DNA of 49,930 nt from Chromera velia (taxonomy: Eukaryota): the NCBI GenBank assembly GCA_018398765.1, contig JAHBMJ010000392.1:1-49930 (forward strand), in the 5' to 3' direction. The position numbers and the translations under genes were made by a program. Shown here piece by piece: positions 34,691-48,054 of this stretch. How positions within the stretch are numbered: the stretch's first letter is position 1; every line of letters starts with the position of its first letter. Below the pieces are notes generated by a model, which ran no database searches, was not told where the DNA came from, and saw nothing but the letters and a program-made list of their open reading frames with translations.

Positions 34691-37600
34691 AATTTCGTTT
34701 AATTAATACCATTCTAGAATTCATCAAAAAATAAAAGTTTATAACAGAAATTCAGTTTTCCCTAGAAGAAAACTTTAAACTTGAATTCTATTAATTCTAT
34801 ACAATGATGTACTAGCTACTATAAAATTATTTTGTTTTTTTTCTATAAATTCAATAGGTGCTCCGGGGTTTTCACAATTGATGAAACAAAAAAAAAAAAT
34901 CGGCGCATTACGCGTGTTTCACGGTTACATTTCAATAACAGATCTTGAACGAAACCTCTGTCTTCAGTAGTCTTCAATCAGTGGTATTCTAGATCTGGCT
35001 AGAGATCTGGTGACACATGCACCTGATGTAGAACTAGATATAAGATCTGGTCTGTTTTAACACTTTCTATGACCCTTATATAGATATTAATGAAACAAAA
35101 GTCACTATCAGCTTGAGACTCACTAAAAAGTGGAAAACGTATTATTATGATCATTCAAAATGATCTCATATCTTTTAAAATTGATTCAAACAACGGTCTG
35201 ACAACCGACAAATCGAATTCTTCGATGTAGACTGACACTCTACGTTTTTTTATAAGCAGAAGCTTTACCCAATGGGAATGACCCAGATAAGATGGGCCAG
35301 AGTGACTATGTGATCGATTGATTGCCGCTGTGATCGACGTACAGATCGCGACGTCGCTCCTCTTCATGCGAAGGAGCTGCCGATCAGAAAACATTCAGGC
35401 AGGTGAAGAAGCGCATGCATGCAGGCATGCTTACTTGGACGGACGCCAGTGCCCAAGGCATGCCGCTGCATGGCGACAGATAGACGTTCAGTCTGACTGA
35501 TCTACCCGTGGAGGGAAGTCGTGTGCTGCTTCAATATTGGATTATATTAGTTGGTTGAAAGAACGGGGGAAGGGTTGAGAGATCGACGCTGCATGCACGA
35601 GCGCACGGCATCTCTCCCAACCACGTGAGTGAGAAATACATCGACCGAAGGAACTTTTTCACACCCGAGCTGCATAGAAGCAAGCAAGCATACAAGCCAT
35701 TAGTCCTCCCTATCTCCCTGCCCTGCCCATGAGAGCATTTAATTACCCACCTTCCCACCTCAAACTCATGCGCCCTCCCCTTTTTCAAATCCTTCCAGTC
35801 AGGGCATGCAAGTGAACCCCCCCCACACCCTCATGCACTCACGCAGACAGACCTTCCAGTTGTCAATGACCGATCAACAAACAGCAAACCAGTCTTCCCT
35901 CACAAAGAGACACCGAGAACCCCCCTTTTTTGTTTAGCTGCGAGAGACCACACCCTCCCTCTGCCCGACACCATATCTGTCTCGGTCATCGCTGCTATCC
36001 GAAGACCCTGAATTGATTGCTTGCAGGCCGGCAAAGAACCAAAGAAAGAAAGTAAGGAAAGAACTATGCCGACCGCCTTCTGGTCTCCTTTGTCAAAGAG
36101 ACGGATGCTTTCAAGAGGCGAGGAATCTTTTCCCTCTGTCTGTCTGTCTGTCTCCAGCTCTCACGGCGCCGAAGAAAAGGACGGAAGGAAGGAAGGAAGG
36201 AGAATTGACCCTGCGTGCAGGCAATCTCATTCCCCCCCCCCGGTCTCCCTGCTCCAATACCCTTCCTTCCTCTAGAGTAGAGGAGCACGGTGTTTGTTTG
36301 TTTGTGCTCATCATTTGACAACCGCGTGCCGAACGGCAACCCGCAGCGATGTAAACAGACTGAAAGACAAACAGATAAACAGACACACATACACAGAGAA
36401 GAGTCACCAACCTGGTCCCCTCTCTTCCTTCCACCCTCCTTCCTTCCCGTCTCTCCTGCTTGCAGGAGGAGCCGGTCTCATCGGTCGAACACAGAGAGAG
36501 AAAGAGAAAGAAGAAAAAGAAAACATCAAACACGCAACGTGTTATTAGAGGAGACGTCTCTGCACCGTCGGGACGAAAAATGAGAGTCAGCTCTAGACCA
36601 AGAAAAAGAGAATACCGGCAGACTTGACGGCATTTCTATGGGCGAATTGTTTGAACATCTGGATAACGGAGTCATCCATTTGTACGTCCGTTCTTCCTCC
36701 CTTTCCCCCGGCCTGCTGACTGTCCCCCTTTCTCAGACATGGACAAACGAGACGGCAGGAAACTGCGCATTCGTGTTGCCAGTTGCCGTTCTGTCTTCTC
36801 ACGCTCACCGATCCGATTCCATCGCTTTCTCTTCCTTTCTACTTATTTTGCACCCGAAGAACAAATCGGGAGGACGGGCGGATGGACGGACAGACAGTAG
36901 AAGGAACAAAAGAAATCTTGGAACATCAGAACGAACAACCTACCAAAGAGGACACACACATATGCAGAGAGAAAGAGGGAGAAAGAGGTCGTCGCACACA
37001 CACCGCCGCACACAGGAATGAATGAAGGCAGAGAGAGGACAGCATACCCGCACATTCCATCCCTACATCAAGTCAACGGGACGGCCACCCCTTCCCCCCC
37101 CGCTTGGATTCCCCCCATGCCAGAAAAAGAAAGAGAACCCCAGGCTCCGCCTCCCCACAAGGGCTTTCAGCCCGTGAAGAGAGAGGGGACAAGTCACGAG
37201 ACAAAAAAAAAAAACCATCGCCATCGGACACACATTCTAATCCGACCCCATTTCTGCACAGACTTTGATTGATGCATGTTAAATTAAAAAGGGACCCCCC
37301 TGTTCTGCCCTGCCCTGCTCTGCTCTTCTCTGCTCTCTCCCGCATGCTGAAGGCTTTGATTCCCACTGCACTCTTCGCCGTGGAAAGGAGAGGAGTGGAA
37401 ACACAAGCAGGTGTCTCGCACCGCCTCGGTTGGTGGGCCTTCTCCCTGCTCTTCTCCATTCCAGAATGCAAACCCAAGCCAAGCCAAGCAAGCTCAATTT
37501 GTCTCCAAGTCTCGTGTCTTCTATTGACCGACCAAGCTCCAAAGAAAGAAAGAAAGAGTGAAAGAACGCGCCCTTCCGAAGGGCCCTGAACAAACGCGTC

Positions 37601-38214
37601 GAGACGGACGGACCAACCGACCGATCGACTGACCGGACAGGCTGGAGAAGACAAACTGGCATGCCATTCTTCCCGTCTCTCCCCCCCTCTACTACGTTCC
37701 TTTGAGCTTTTGCATCTACGGTCAGTCTAGCATCATCCCCCCCCTCTCCAGGAAAACAGAGAGGGAGAAGAGGATAACGCCCTTAATGGAGAGGAGAGGC
37801 AGGAAAGGAAACCAGATGCATTCCTTTCCCCCTTTTCCATATAGTGCCTGCCACCTTGAGACAAGTAGAACGACAGGGAGGCCCCCCAAAAGAAAGAAAA
37901 GAGAGAACCAAGACCTAGCGGCAGTGCAGTAACGTGTGTTGGATGAACATCAAGATGAACATGAAGAGGGAGTACAGACAAACAGACACGACGACTAAGC
38001 CAGACCCAAAAGGCACTTCAGAAAAAGAGACAGAAAGAAATAAAGAAAGGAAGGAAGAAAGAGCGAGCAAACAGCGTAAAGGACCAAACAACACAACCAC
38101 CATCGCATCGCTGCACTAACCCAAACCCAATAGGTTCCCCCCTGCCCTCCGTTTCATGACCTCACATGCAACCCAGCCCCCCATCTACCAGGCAGTTGTT
38201 ATCCAACTATTAAT

Positions 38215-41059
38215 TCACCGTCTGCCGTTGCCGCTTCCACCACCTCCACTCCCACCCCCCTTCCCCTGCATCATCCCCCCCATGTTTTGACTGCTCCCAC
38301 TCCTTCCGTGCTGCTTCCGCCTCGCCTCTTCTGCAGCTGCCGTATCGTGTGCCCCCCCCTCTCCAGACAGGCGACGCTGTTTGCTCCGAGTGGTCACTCC
38401 CACAGTATCTCCGGGCATCTGCGTTGCCTGGCCGGTTGCGTGTGCTGGAGATGTGGCGGTGATGGGACGGGACGAGTTGCCTTGGACGTTTCCACCGTTG
38501 CCCCCCCCTCCCGTGCCTCCCCGCGTCCCCGGTCTCTCCCCCGACTGCTTGTAGTATCCTCCTGACTGCCCTCCCTGCTGCCCCCCCTGCTGCTGGGCCT
38601 GCAGCTGAGCGGGGGGGATCTGGGGGGGACCGCCGGCTTGGAAGTTGGGAGGAATGTAGGGGGTGAGGGCCGAGGGACGCTGCAAGATTGCAAGTCCAAA
38701 GAGGGCAGATCAACACGGGAACGCGAGAAAGGATAGACACAAAACCGCGCAAATCTCAAAGCACAGGGACTGCAGTAAGCAGACGAGACGCCAGACAGAA
38801 ATGCAAAGCAGATGCACGACAGCCAATGCATAAATAGCTGTTGCGCCACGACCGATTCAGGACACTTTTTGAAGGAAGAAAGACCATAAGTGGGCATGTA
38901 CATCCCCGTACTCACGCACCTACAGGCACACGCTCTCATGCATCTCAAGAAAAGAAAAAATTCCTCCCCCTCCCCCCCCCCCCCCCAACCAACCGACCTT
39001 CATGTTCTGAGAGCTGCCGAGTCCTCCAGGTTGTGCCTGTCCGGGCAGATGGGACCAGTCAAACACAAAGTCATAGTGGAATCCCTCCGCGTAGAAGAGC
39101 TCCCGAAGAAGTTTCCTCAGATAATCGTAGTCGGGTTTCTCCTCGAATCGGAGCGACCGGACGGCACAAAGGTACTCCCGAAATTCCTCTGCAAGAAAAG
39201 AATAGCAGACAAACATAAAACAAGAGTTTGAAATTCCCCCCTTCTTCTTTCTTGAGGGCATGCAGAATTGAGCAAGAGGAAACCGATGATCGTCATCAGA
39301 TCCTCCGTGCTTTGCCTTTCTTTCATCAGCAGCAGCAGAGAAAAAGAGGTCGAAGATGACACACGAGAAGGGGAAGAAAAGCGATGCAGCGAGAGACAAG
39401 AACGTTCACGATTAGACGCTGTGTAGAGGCACGAACGTTCGAAGAGACCCTCACTCCAGCTCTGCGTCCCTTGACAGCTCCACAAAACAGAAAAGAAGGA
39501 CACAAACAAAAAAAGATGATTTACTGACTCGGCAGGCTTCTGCAGAGGTGCTCGATCGGTGTTCGCTGCTTTCTGTCCAGGATCTTTGCATACTTGTCCT
39601 GCTTCGTCTCCGCATTCAGGCCTTGCCAGGGAAGAGAACCACGTGCGAAGTAAATCAAGACGTATCTGCAGACGACATGCAAGGCACGAAGTCCAAGAAG
39701 AAAGAGACGCAAAAGGCCGCAGAAGGAAACGCTCCTTGCTCGCCCACACACGCATCCAACTACGGACAAAAGGGGATACGCAGCCCGGAGGGCCTGTCTC
39801 GTTTCGACATCTGTGAGTGACACAGACTCCCACTCTTCTGCGACCACAGCCCGGGACCCAATCAGCCAGTAACGCACATCTCAGCTCTGTAAGTGACCGT
39901 ACGAATTCACATGAAGTCTCTCTCATAATCGACTGAAGGGGGGCGTCTCTCTGCTGGTTTGTTTGCTTGTTTGTGTTGTGTTCAGTATCCAGACCGCGCA
40001 GCTCGAGCACATGGGAGACAAAAAAAGCAAAGCAGACTCCTCCCACCCACTCCAATCCTATCCCTTCAAGCTACGAAGCACCCAACAAACCAACCAACCA
40101 ACCGACCGACCCGAGTGCCTCCAGGTCGTCCCTTCTGGCCTGCTCAATCCCCATGTGAGTGGCAATCGAGGCGTATCTCGCTGTCCCGGTCAGAGACTTT
40201 CCCGTTCTGCAAACGGGCAGGGGAACGTACCAATACAGAGAAAGGAGGAGACTAAACCAGGACACGGAAGAAGACACCGTGGCCCAAGGCAAGTCTGCAT
40301 ACAGCCATCTTGATTAGAAAAAGGCGACTCCAAGAGACGTCTCAGTTGACGCATGTCCGTCCAGCCAGGAAACCCGAGTGCCCAATTTTCCAACCAGGAG
40401 GCAAACAAATCAACGGCCACAAGTCCGACTTCTGCACGCTTTGCAACATGGAAGCGAGCAAAACAGATCCCAACCTCCTGCACCCCACGAATACGTCCAT
40501 TAACCCACCTGTATGGAATATGCTCGTGAGTGATGCCGTCTCTGTACCTCTTGCAAAGCCCAAAGTCCAGCATGTACACCAGGGAGGCAGTGTTGGCAGG
40601 GAGAATGTCCTGCAACCGGATCAGATCAGATCAGATAAGACGGGGATAGAGCGACACACAAGAAAAGCAGCGCCTGCTCTGAAATACGCAAAACAGGCCA
40701 GGCTGAGCAGCAAGAGCAGCCAGGCCAACAGAGTGTGCAGATGGAACGCGAGCCAAGAGAAGAGAAGCCAGAGACGCAAAGAAAGCCAATGCTTTCTCTT
40801 TAACACGTCAACCGACCAACCGACCTGGGTCGCGTGTGCAGAGACAACGTTTTGCGCAGTCGACGACGAGTTGGTTGCCCTCCTCGCGTGTCTGAGTGCG
40901 GGTCTGTTGGATCCGATCAGAAAGTTGTCCGGTTTGATGTCACGATGGAGGTACGAATGCGCATGGAGAAGTTCGATCCGGTTCAGCTGCAAACAACCAA
41001 AGAAGCAAGCAGAAAAGGACTCAATCAGTGGGAAGGAGGAAAGAATCGAGAGCGACAAA

Positions 41060-41092
<33 letters not shown>

Positions 41093-41616
41093 AATAGGCC
41101 GACCAAAGGTCAAAGACATACATGCTTTGTCTGAGGAAGTCGGTCTGTCCTTCTCTTCTCTTACCTCATCGGCCACCTGTTTTACCCGTCTCCTTTCCTT
41201 CCACCCCACACACTTATCTGTCGGAGTTCAACCCTCTTCCTCTATCCCACGCCCTTCTACTTTCCTCTCTATATCCCTCGCCCTTCTGCGTTCTTCTCCT
41301 CCGGAACCCCAACATACAAAACAGACAGATAGACAGTCAAAAAGCAAACAGACAGACCATTTGGTCAGCCAACATGAGTACAGTCTTGAGGGAGAATCTT
41401 CGGTGACAGCAGGTGAAGAGCTCCTCCAGGGAAGGCCCCAGAAGTTCAATCACAATGCACGTCCACTCGCCCTCGTGCCCCCACCAGTAAATTCCCGGAA
41501 TGCCGACTGCACAAACACGGGGAGAAACAGAGAGAAAAGAAAACGCAAACTATAAAGGAAGTGGAAGCATCTGTCAATCGGGGCCGATTCCTTTGCAGGG
41601 CCTCAACTGAGCCAGC

Positions 41617-41650
<34 letters not shown>

Positions 41651-42478
41651 GCACAGATATGCCTACAGAAGAGGGAACCTCGAGTTCGCTTCTCCTCATG
41701 TTTGGTGTCCTAGGCCTCGCATGCTTGAATCAGTACACTTGGCCTTCCTCTCTTAACTTATTGTGTAGTGTCACGATTGAATGCGTACATGCCTCACAGT
41801 CTCTCCCTCCCGAGACAGCCATAATGAAGCTTCCGTCCTCTTCCTCTTCTCTTCTCTCTGCTCGTTCGCACCTCAGGGCATAGAAAGCCGGACTCTCCCG
41901 ATCAAAAGAGAAAGAGACTGACGTTGGCCGCCCAGCATCTTGTAAATCTTGGCCTCATACAGCAGCTGCGGGTGTTTACACTTCAGGGGTTCCTGCAAAG
42001 GAAAAGGAGGGAAGAAGAACAGCAGTGACATACGAAATCGCAAAAAGAAGACCCAAGAACCAGGAGCCTTGACCCAAGACGCCAAAAGAAACATCAACCA
42101 CACGACCGACTGACCAGCTTGATGGCGATCTCCTCCCCAGAAGACACGTGAGTTCCTGCACATACTCATTCAGGCACAAGCAGACTTTTCACAAAAAGAC
42201 AAGATGTCAACCCAGTGGAAGGAAAATTTGAAACTTGCTGAGCAGGGGACACAGAGGAGCACATCGAGGGGAGAGCATGTCACAGAAGAAGAAACCTGGA
42301 GCGTAGCTGCACGCAAGCAAGAAAAGCGACGCCAATCCGTTCCCCTTCGCAAACTTCACCTACCGGTATGAATCTGCCCGAAAGATCCACTGCCGATTTT
42401 CCTTCCCACTCTGTATTTTCCTCCCGCGACCGTCTTCGGGGGAGCGGGCAGCTTCTCGTCCGAAGGTGACTTCTCCAT
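38215..42478 (-). CDS. CK1: Casein kinase 1 family Ser/Thr kinase, 10 exons: 42478-42364, 42155-42115, 41992-41923, 41506-41358, 40986-40825, 40609-40509, 40206-40111, 39665-39529, 39188-38998, 38679-38215
   Basis: Spliced product has [108 protein letters not shown]. All junctions are GT-AG and phase compatible. The 3' end could alternatively splice at gtgaat near 38217. Confidence 0.95.
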
Positions 42479-42968
42479 CGTAGAATGCTCTTACTCTATG
42501 CCAGGGACGAGAAAAGTTCAAGCAACTTCGGCTGTTGGCTTTTCAAGGTAAGACTGTCAGACTGCTTCCATCCCCATAGGCAACACCCCTGTGTCGGTAT
42601 CTGACTTTTGAATTCAGATGGCGCAGAGAACGACCCTGGAGGATCACGGGGCTCGGTAGAGGCTGCAAGAGCGAGCGACTGCCGAGGAAAGTACACAACT
42701 GCGAGGTGTCTCCTACGTACGACCAACTTTTATCTGACTACTGCCTTTCTCTGACTGGCAATTAATTGGTCGACGAACGAACGATCGAAGTCATGCACGC
42801 GTACGTGATCGTACGTGCACAGACTGTCCCTCTTGCCGGACCACTCGCACAAGGTACCAAAGCTGACTTTGCGGGGCCAAAATTGCCGCCAAATTAATGA
42901 TTTTTCAGCGCTATCAGACTGATCGAAGCCATGCATGCAAAATCATTGCGCACGCATGCACAATTCGT

Positions 42969-43270
42969 GGCCCCGGATCGAGGGCGGAGCGTCGGGAGCG
43001 AGGCTTGAAACATGTTCGCACGGAGCTCTCCGCCCGGGGGGCACTTAATCCCCCGCGACTCCTTTCCTCCGATCGACACCTGAGGCGACGCTCGCACACA
43101 GGCCCCGGCATGCCCTCACAACTGCGTGCAGCGGCCCCTGCCTGGGTTCCATGCACACCGACGTATGTATGCATGGCCCATTAGCCCCGCGGAGGGCGGA
43201 GCTGTAATTCATTTATGCCCTCCGGGGCCTTCGGAGTTGCGAGCGGAGCGAGCGGCTCTGTAACTGTAGT
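42969..43270. repeat. Dispersed repeat family B, compact copy (Helitron-like 3' end)
   Basis: Matches 489-572 and 1279-1418; ends ...gcgagcggagcgagcggctctgtaactgtagt. Confidence 0.75.
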
Positions 43271-45157
43271 GCATATGATCTAATTCGTACACGGCGATAC
43301 GTATATAGTGCATGACAGTGATTTAATTCGTATATATATGTATATAGGTCTCGATCTGTCATAAGAATAGCTGACCTTAGCCTGCGCCTTCCTTCTGTTT
43401 TGATTAACAACGTTCATCTTGTCAGTGGACTTGCAGAAACGACTACATTATAACCGATTTTCCAATTAAAACCTCTTCGCTACAAACCACACGTTTCATT
43501 CGTACAACACGCTCTGCAATACTTTGTTGTGTACGCGTCATTCTGCTGAGGGAACACTGAACAGGTTTTTGCTGTCCGTGTGGTAACTCACTCATTTGTG
43601 CAACTCATGAATCAATCTGAAAAGCTAGCTGAAAAGGGAAACTGACACAGACTGCCTAACCAACACTATCAAGAAAAAGGAGAGAAGGTTTATATCTATA
43701 TATACATTCAATTTGTTAAGCAGGTATGCAATAGTTGCAACACGCACGTGACCAGCATGCCTGTTGACCTTTTCATGTCCATCTGCTCCTTCAGCTTTAC
43801 ACGTTTTGGTGTTATCTTACAAGAGAGTGTACCTCCCCATTCCGAAGTTCACGTAGTGGTGGAGCGGTCGGCATGTGTGATGCTGCGGCTGAGCAACGCG
43901 CATCTACTGGAAGACCGTCACTTCGATAACGGGAGCTCTGAGGATGGTAAGTCCTGAGCTAAATTTTTGAATCGGCAGAGTTGGGAGGTTCAGTTTTTGA
44001 CGGGTTAGCTAATTGACTCAGATCGGTTTCTGGAGTACGTGTTGAAGAATAAAGCCTGGAAGAGTGGACAAACCAAGAGGCAGAGAGAGAGGGAGAAGGA
44101 GAGGGAGAGCGAGAGCAAAAGGGAGAGCGAGACCAAAGGGGACCGAGTCACTGTGGGGGAGAAGCTGTATTGAAGGGCTCTAGAGACAGAGATTTCACAT
44201 TTACACACAGACGATTAACCTTTTTTGAAATGTACTTTCCTTCTTATCTATTGTTACACTTTTTTCCTCACTTGGATGCTGACTGGGATGCTGATAGCAG
44301 CAGTCTTTTTCGTGAGAATCACTTGTTTCTCAAGGGTAATTGATTCTCCTGCTACATATTTTTGTGCAGAACCAAAAGATGATCTACAACACTCTCAATG
44401 CCTTACACGCTTTGCACATGCTGAAGATCACCCATCGAGACATCGTCAGTTTACGGGTATAGAGCTAGGGTATAGAGACTGCAAGAGTGTTTATTGATAC
44501 CCATCCCCACACCCAGCCTGCGTGACCCCCGTGCACTCCCACTCTCCCCCACTCTCCGCACCCTTACAATCATCCCCACCCAATAACTCTTCTCGACCAT
44601 GCTGCAACGCAATAGCAATGAATTTCAACTAGCAAACAAAGAGTACAGACATGATGGAGTCATGTGTTTAAATGGATGAGTAACCTTCACTATGGCATCT
44701 CCATTGAAACAAATTCAACACTAATTTATATGCACACAGTCATCACATACTGGTTCACAGACTGACAGCCCTCTGCACCTGTTCACACCTATCTCTACAC
44801 TCATGCATTTATGGCAGACGAGGTCCACAGAGCATACAGAGACCAGTCTGAGATCTCAAGTGAGTGCAAAGCTAGCAGATTGGCACTCCACTTTGCATAG
44901 CTTCACCACTCCCCTGTTTTTCTTAGCTTCTCTTAAGATTTGCCTGCTGCTTGCTCTCTTGATCGTTGTCCGTTCTTCTTTCTGATAGTATAAAGTCCCT
45001 CTTCTGCACAAGTCGGATTCATTGCTTAATTCTCATAATTGACCGAGGCAAGCAGATTGCTGGTGTCAGATGCTTTCTCTCCCCTTCACATGCAGCTTTT
45101 ATTCAAGCAGTCCTGATTCCATTACGTTATCTTCTGCTCTTGCTTTTATATTTGCAG

Positions 45158-45827
45158 AAGATGAACAACATTCTTCGCGATAAACAGGGAAACGTTCGAT
45201 GGATTAACTTTGGCCTGGCTTAAGTCCTTAGAGCCACAGGAGAGGCAAACGATGCGCCAACAGAGTGGGTAGCAAACAAACACTACAAAGCGCCCGAGTT
45301 ATACAACAACCCAGAGCTGCAGGACAAGAAGATTGTCAATGACCTGTGGGTAAGGGGGTATGTTTTCTACGAGCTGTTGACTGGCAGGCGCTTTCAGTAG
45401 GCGGGGGGCAGAGACGGTTTGCAGGTCTTGTTTCGGAAAGGAGAAAACAGCTATAACCCATTGCGGATGGCTCTGTACAGAGCAGACCCGAGTCTTTAGA
45501 CAGTCAGAGATCGGGAGGGGGGAAACAGGAGGAGTGATCTACACCTTGTCACAGACCTCTTAGTCCAATGCTTGAGAGAGAAGCCAGAGGATACACTGAG
45601 TGCAGAAGAATGTCTGCACCACTCTTTTGTCAAGGATCTGAACAAGAAGATTCCTCTTTTCAAAGAGACTGACGTTGACTTAGTCTATATCCCGCCCTAC
45701 AAGGAGCTCTTTCAGTGTGATTCTATCAAAACGAAAGAGGTGGTCACCAACCAGCCACTGCCAAAGAAATTGGGGGGGGAGAAGTTTATTCAGATGCTGA
45801 AACAGCATCCTATGGGCATGCTTTTCG
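45158..45827 (+). pseudogene. Decayed Ser/Thr protein kinase exon (subdomains VIb-XI)
   Basis: KMNNILRDKQGNVRWINFGLA*...TEWVANKHYKAPEL...DLWVRGYVFYELLTG...DLLVQCLREKPEDTLSAEECLHHSF. Three in-frame stops; DFG reads NFG; bounded by tttgcag| and |gtcagt. Confidence 0.85.
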
Positions 45828-46917
45828 GTCAGTCATCAGACTTAAATGCATGCAGTAGGCTATTCTCTCTATTTTTTTTTTTTCAGCCTCCGTGTGTGTC
45901 TAGACGAAACGGGACGGAAAGATGTATAACATTTTTTCTATATGTTTCCATCCATTCAGTTGAAGAGACCGGGAGAGGAAAATAGGGAGAGTGGAAACCG
46001 GCCTGAGGGCATATGCATGAGTGTGCATAAGCTATCACAATCACGACCTTCACTAGCGACCTTCGTAATCATGTCCTCTTGCACGTCCTGCTTTCTATTG
46101 CACGTACAAGGGCGTCTGCATCCTAGTCTACGTCGCTGTGACAGTATTTTTCTGGGGCAGGGCCCTCCCGGGCATTCCTACACAGCTTGCGCTCTTCACT
46201 ATTCCTTAGACAATTCTGCATACATTCTCCCAGACTTCATGGTTTGTGATTGGACTAGTAATTGGATTTCTGTACTGCAGAGGCTCTCATTCAAATAGAA
46301 GACGCCTTCAAGCTGCCAAAGAGCCCGAGCTCAGGATCCCGCCGGTCAATAGAGCATGTAGCCTGAAAGGTGTCTTTGACGTGCAATTGCATGAACTGCC
46401 TGAAATCCATCGTTTCAGCTCTCTGCGTGCGTCATTGCGTGCATCAACAGACTGCATGCATGGGAGTTCTTGTTATTGATTCATGTATGGCATTGCTTAC
46501 TGGAACGTCCATCCATCCACCCACCCATCGCTTTAGCTGGCTTCGCGTTGTTGATTTTGCATGCTTTATGGAATCATAGTGCTTAATTCTCTTTCTCAAC
46601 GTTTGCTCGTTCTTCCCCGTGTACGATCTTTCTATTTCAATTCTCTTCCTTTTGCACTGTACATTGGCTCCTGTAGTCGAGAAGGCACATCACATGCAGA
46701 AATTGGTATGATCGAGGTAGCTGCATGCATGCATCATCGATCAACCTTCTACATCTTCAAAATGCATGTCACCCGTCCGACGATTTGCACTCCATGCAGT
46801 GGTATTCCCCTTGACTTGCCAGTGCGTTTGCAAGCCATGATGCAGCATGGGTGCTCTCTCTGTCTCTCATATTGCTATATACGGCAACTGCATGTGTGCC
46901 CCTTCTGGTGTATATAG

Positions 46918-48054
46918 ATCGAAAAAGGGAATCTTACCCCAGGCCTTACGAGGACCGTCTGAAGTCTGTCACAGCAGACAGAAGAGACTGCCTGTACACG
47001 CTTCAGCGAAGGCAGAGAGAGGTCTTCAGACTCGTTTGCTTCACTTGAGCCAGGTTCCCAGGGACCTTGTCAGAGCGGTCTGTCTAGATTCTATCCAAGG
47101 ATGCCAAGGGCTTTCTGTTAGGGAGAGAAATGGGGGCTGTCGGTGGAGACCAGTTGCTTATGGTAGAAGTCTCACTCAGACCTTCAGCCTCTTGTGACTG
47201 TTGTCTGGTCTCTCGAGGAGGTGGATCGTCTGAGGAAGTTTCCCTTCTTTCCATTCATTCGAGATAGCCGCGAGCTAAACCATGTGGAGGGAGCGACAGA
47301 GACAAGCTACTTCATCCGGAAAATTGCGATCGAGGCACTTGACCCTCAACTGGGGCCAGTTTGACACCGTGTATCTTGTATACATGAGAAAGAACTTGTC
47401 GAAGATTGAAGGAGGTCCGGGGATGGGAAAAATGCGGACCTTCCGAGCTATTTTTTCTAAGATCGAGTATCAGCTCAAACTGAAGATCAAAGAAGTCCCT
47501 TCTCACGGACAAGGGTGTCCTTGTTGGAGAAACAAATTTCTCTATATTGAACGCGGTCGCGGGTATTCATGAAAACGGACTCATCAGGGAAAACGGAAAC
47601 AAATGAACTCCTGAAATTGTCCTGCTTGTCAACGAGAACAAGCTAGAAGATGAATTCCGTGTTCTTAAAGGTCTCTGTCATTCTCGACAAGAAGGCATAT
47701 GCAGCTGTACAGGGATATTGTGAGAACGAACGCAGCTGGAGCTTCTTTGAAGCGAAGAAGCAGGCTCTGATGGATGCACACCTGATCTGCACAACGCTGT
47801 TTTCTATCCCAAAGATCCTTGACCTGTTCGATGGCAAGCTGCCCTTTGGCCTCTCTATGATGCTTTATGAGGAGTCTTCTCAAGCAAAGGAATTCAAGAC
47901 GGTCAACTCTATATCCCTTCTCTCAGACAACACCTCGAAGTTCATGCTTGTCGGGGACTATCGACAGCTCCCCCCATACATCTCAAGCCGGCATGCCGAA
48001 GAAGCAAAGGGATGTTGGTCTCTTCACATACACTGGGAGGAGGACTACTTTTGA
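46918..48054 (+). pseudogene. Decayed Upf1/DNA2/NAM7-like superfamily-1 helicase
   Basis: LNWGQ (Q motif), IEGGPGMGKM (Walker A), AHLICTT, MMLYEESSQAKE (Walker B region), FMLVGDYRQLPP (motif III); stops and frameshifts present. Confidence 0.85.

Noticed and set aside
35500..38200. Many short ORFs downstream of CK1
   Set aside because: Low-complexity composition typical of intron or 3'-UTR sequence; no domain signal.
5362..48054. Reassigned genetic code (TAG/TAA = Gln), suggested by many in-frame TAGs
   Set aside because: The Gln-rich 790-aa exon and the CK1 exons contain no internal TAA/TAG, two genes appear to end in TAG, and the TAG-bearing PLE and helicase also have frameshifts. Pseudogenisation explains it.
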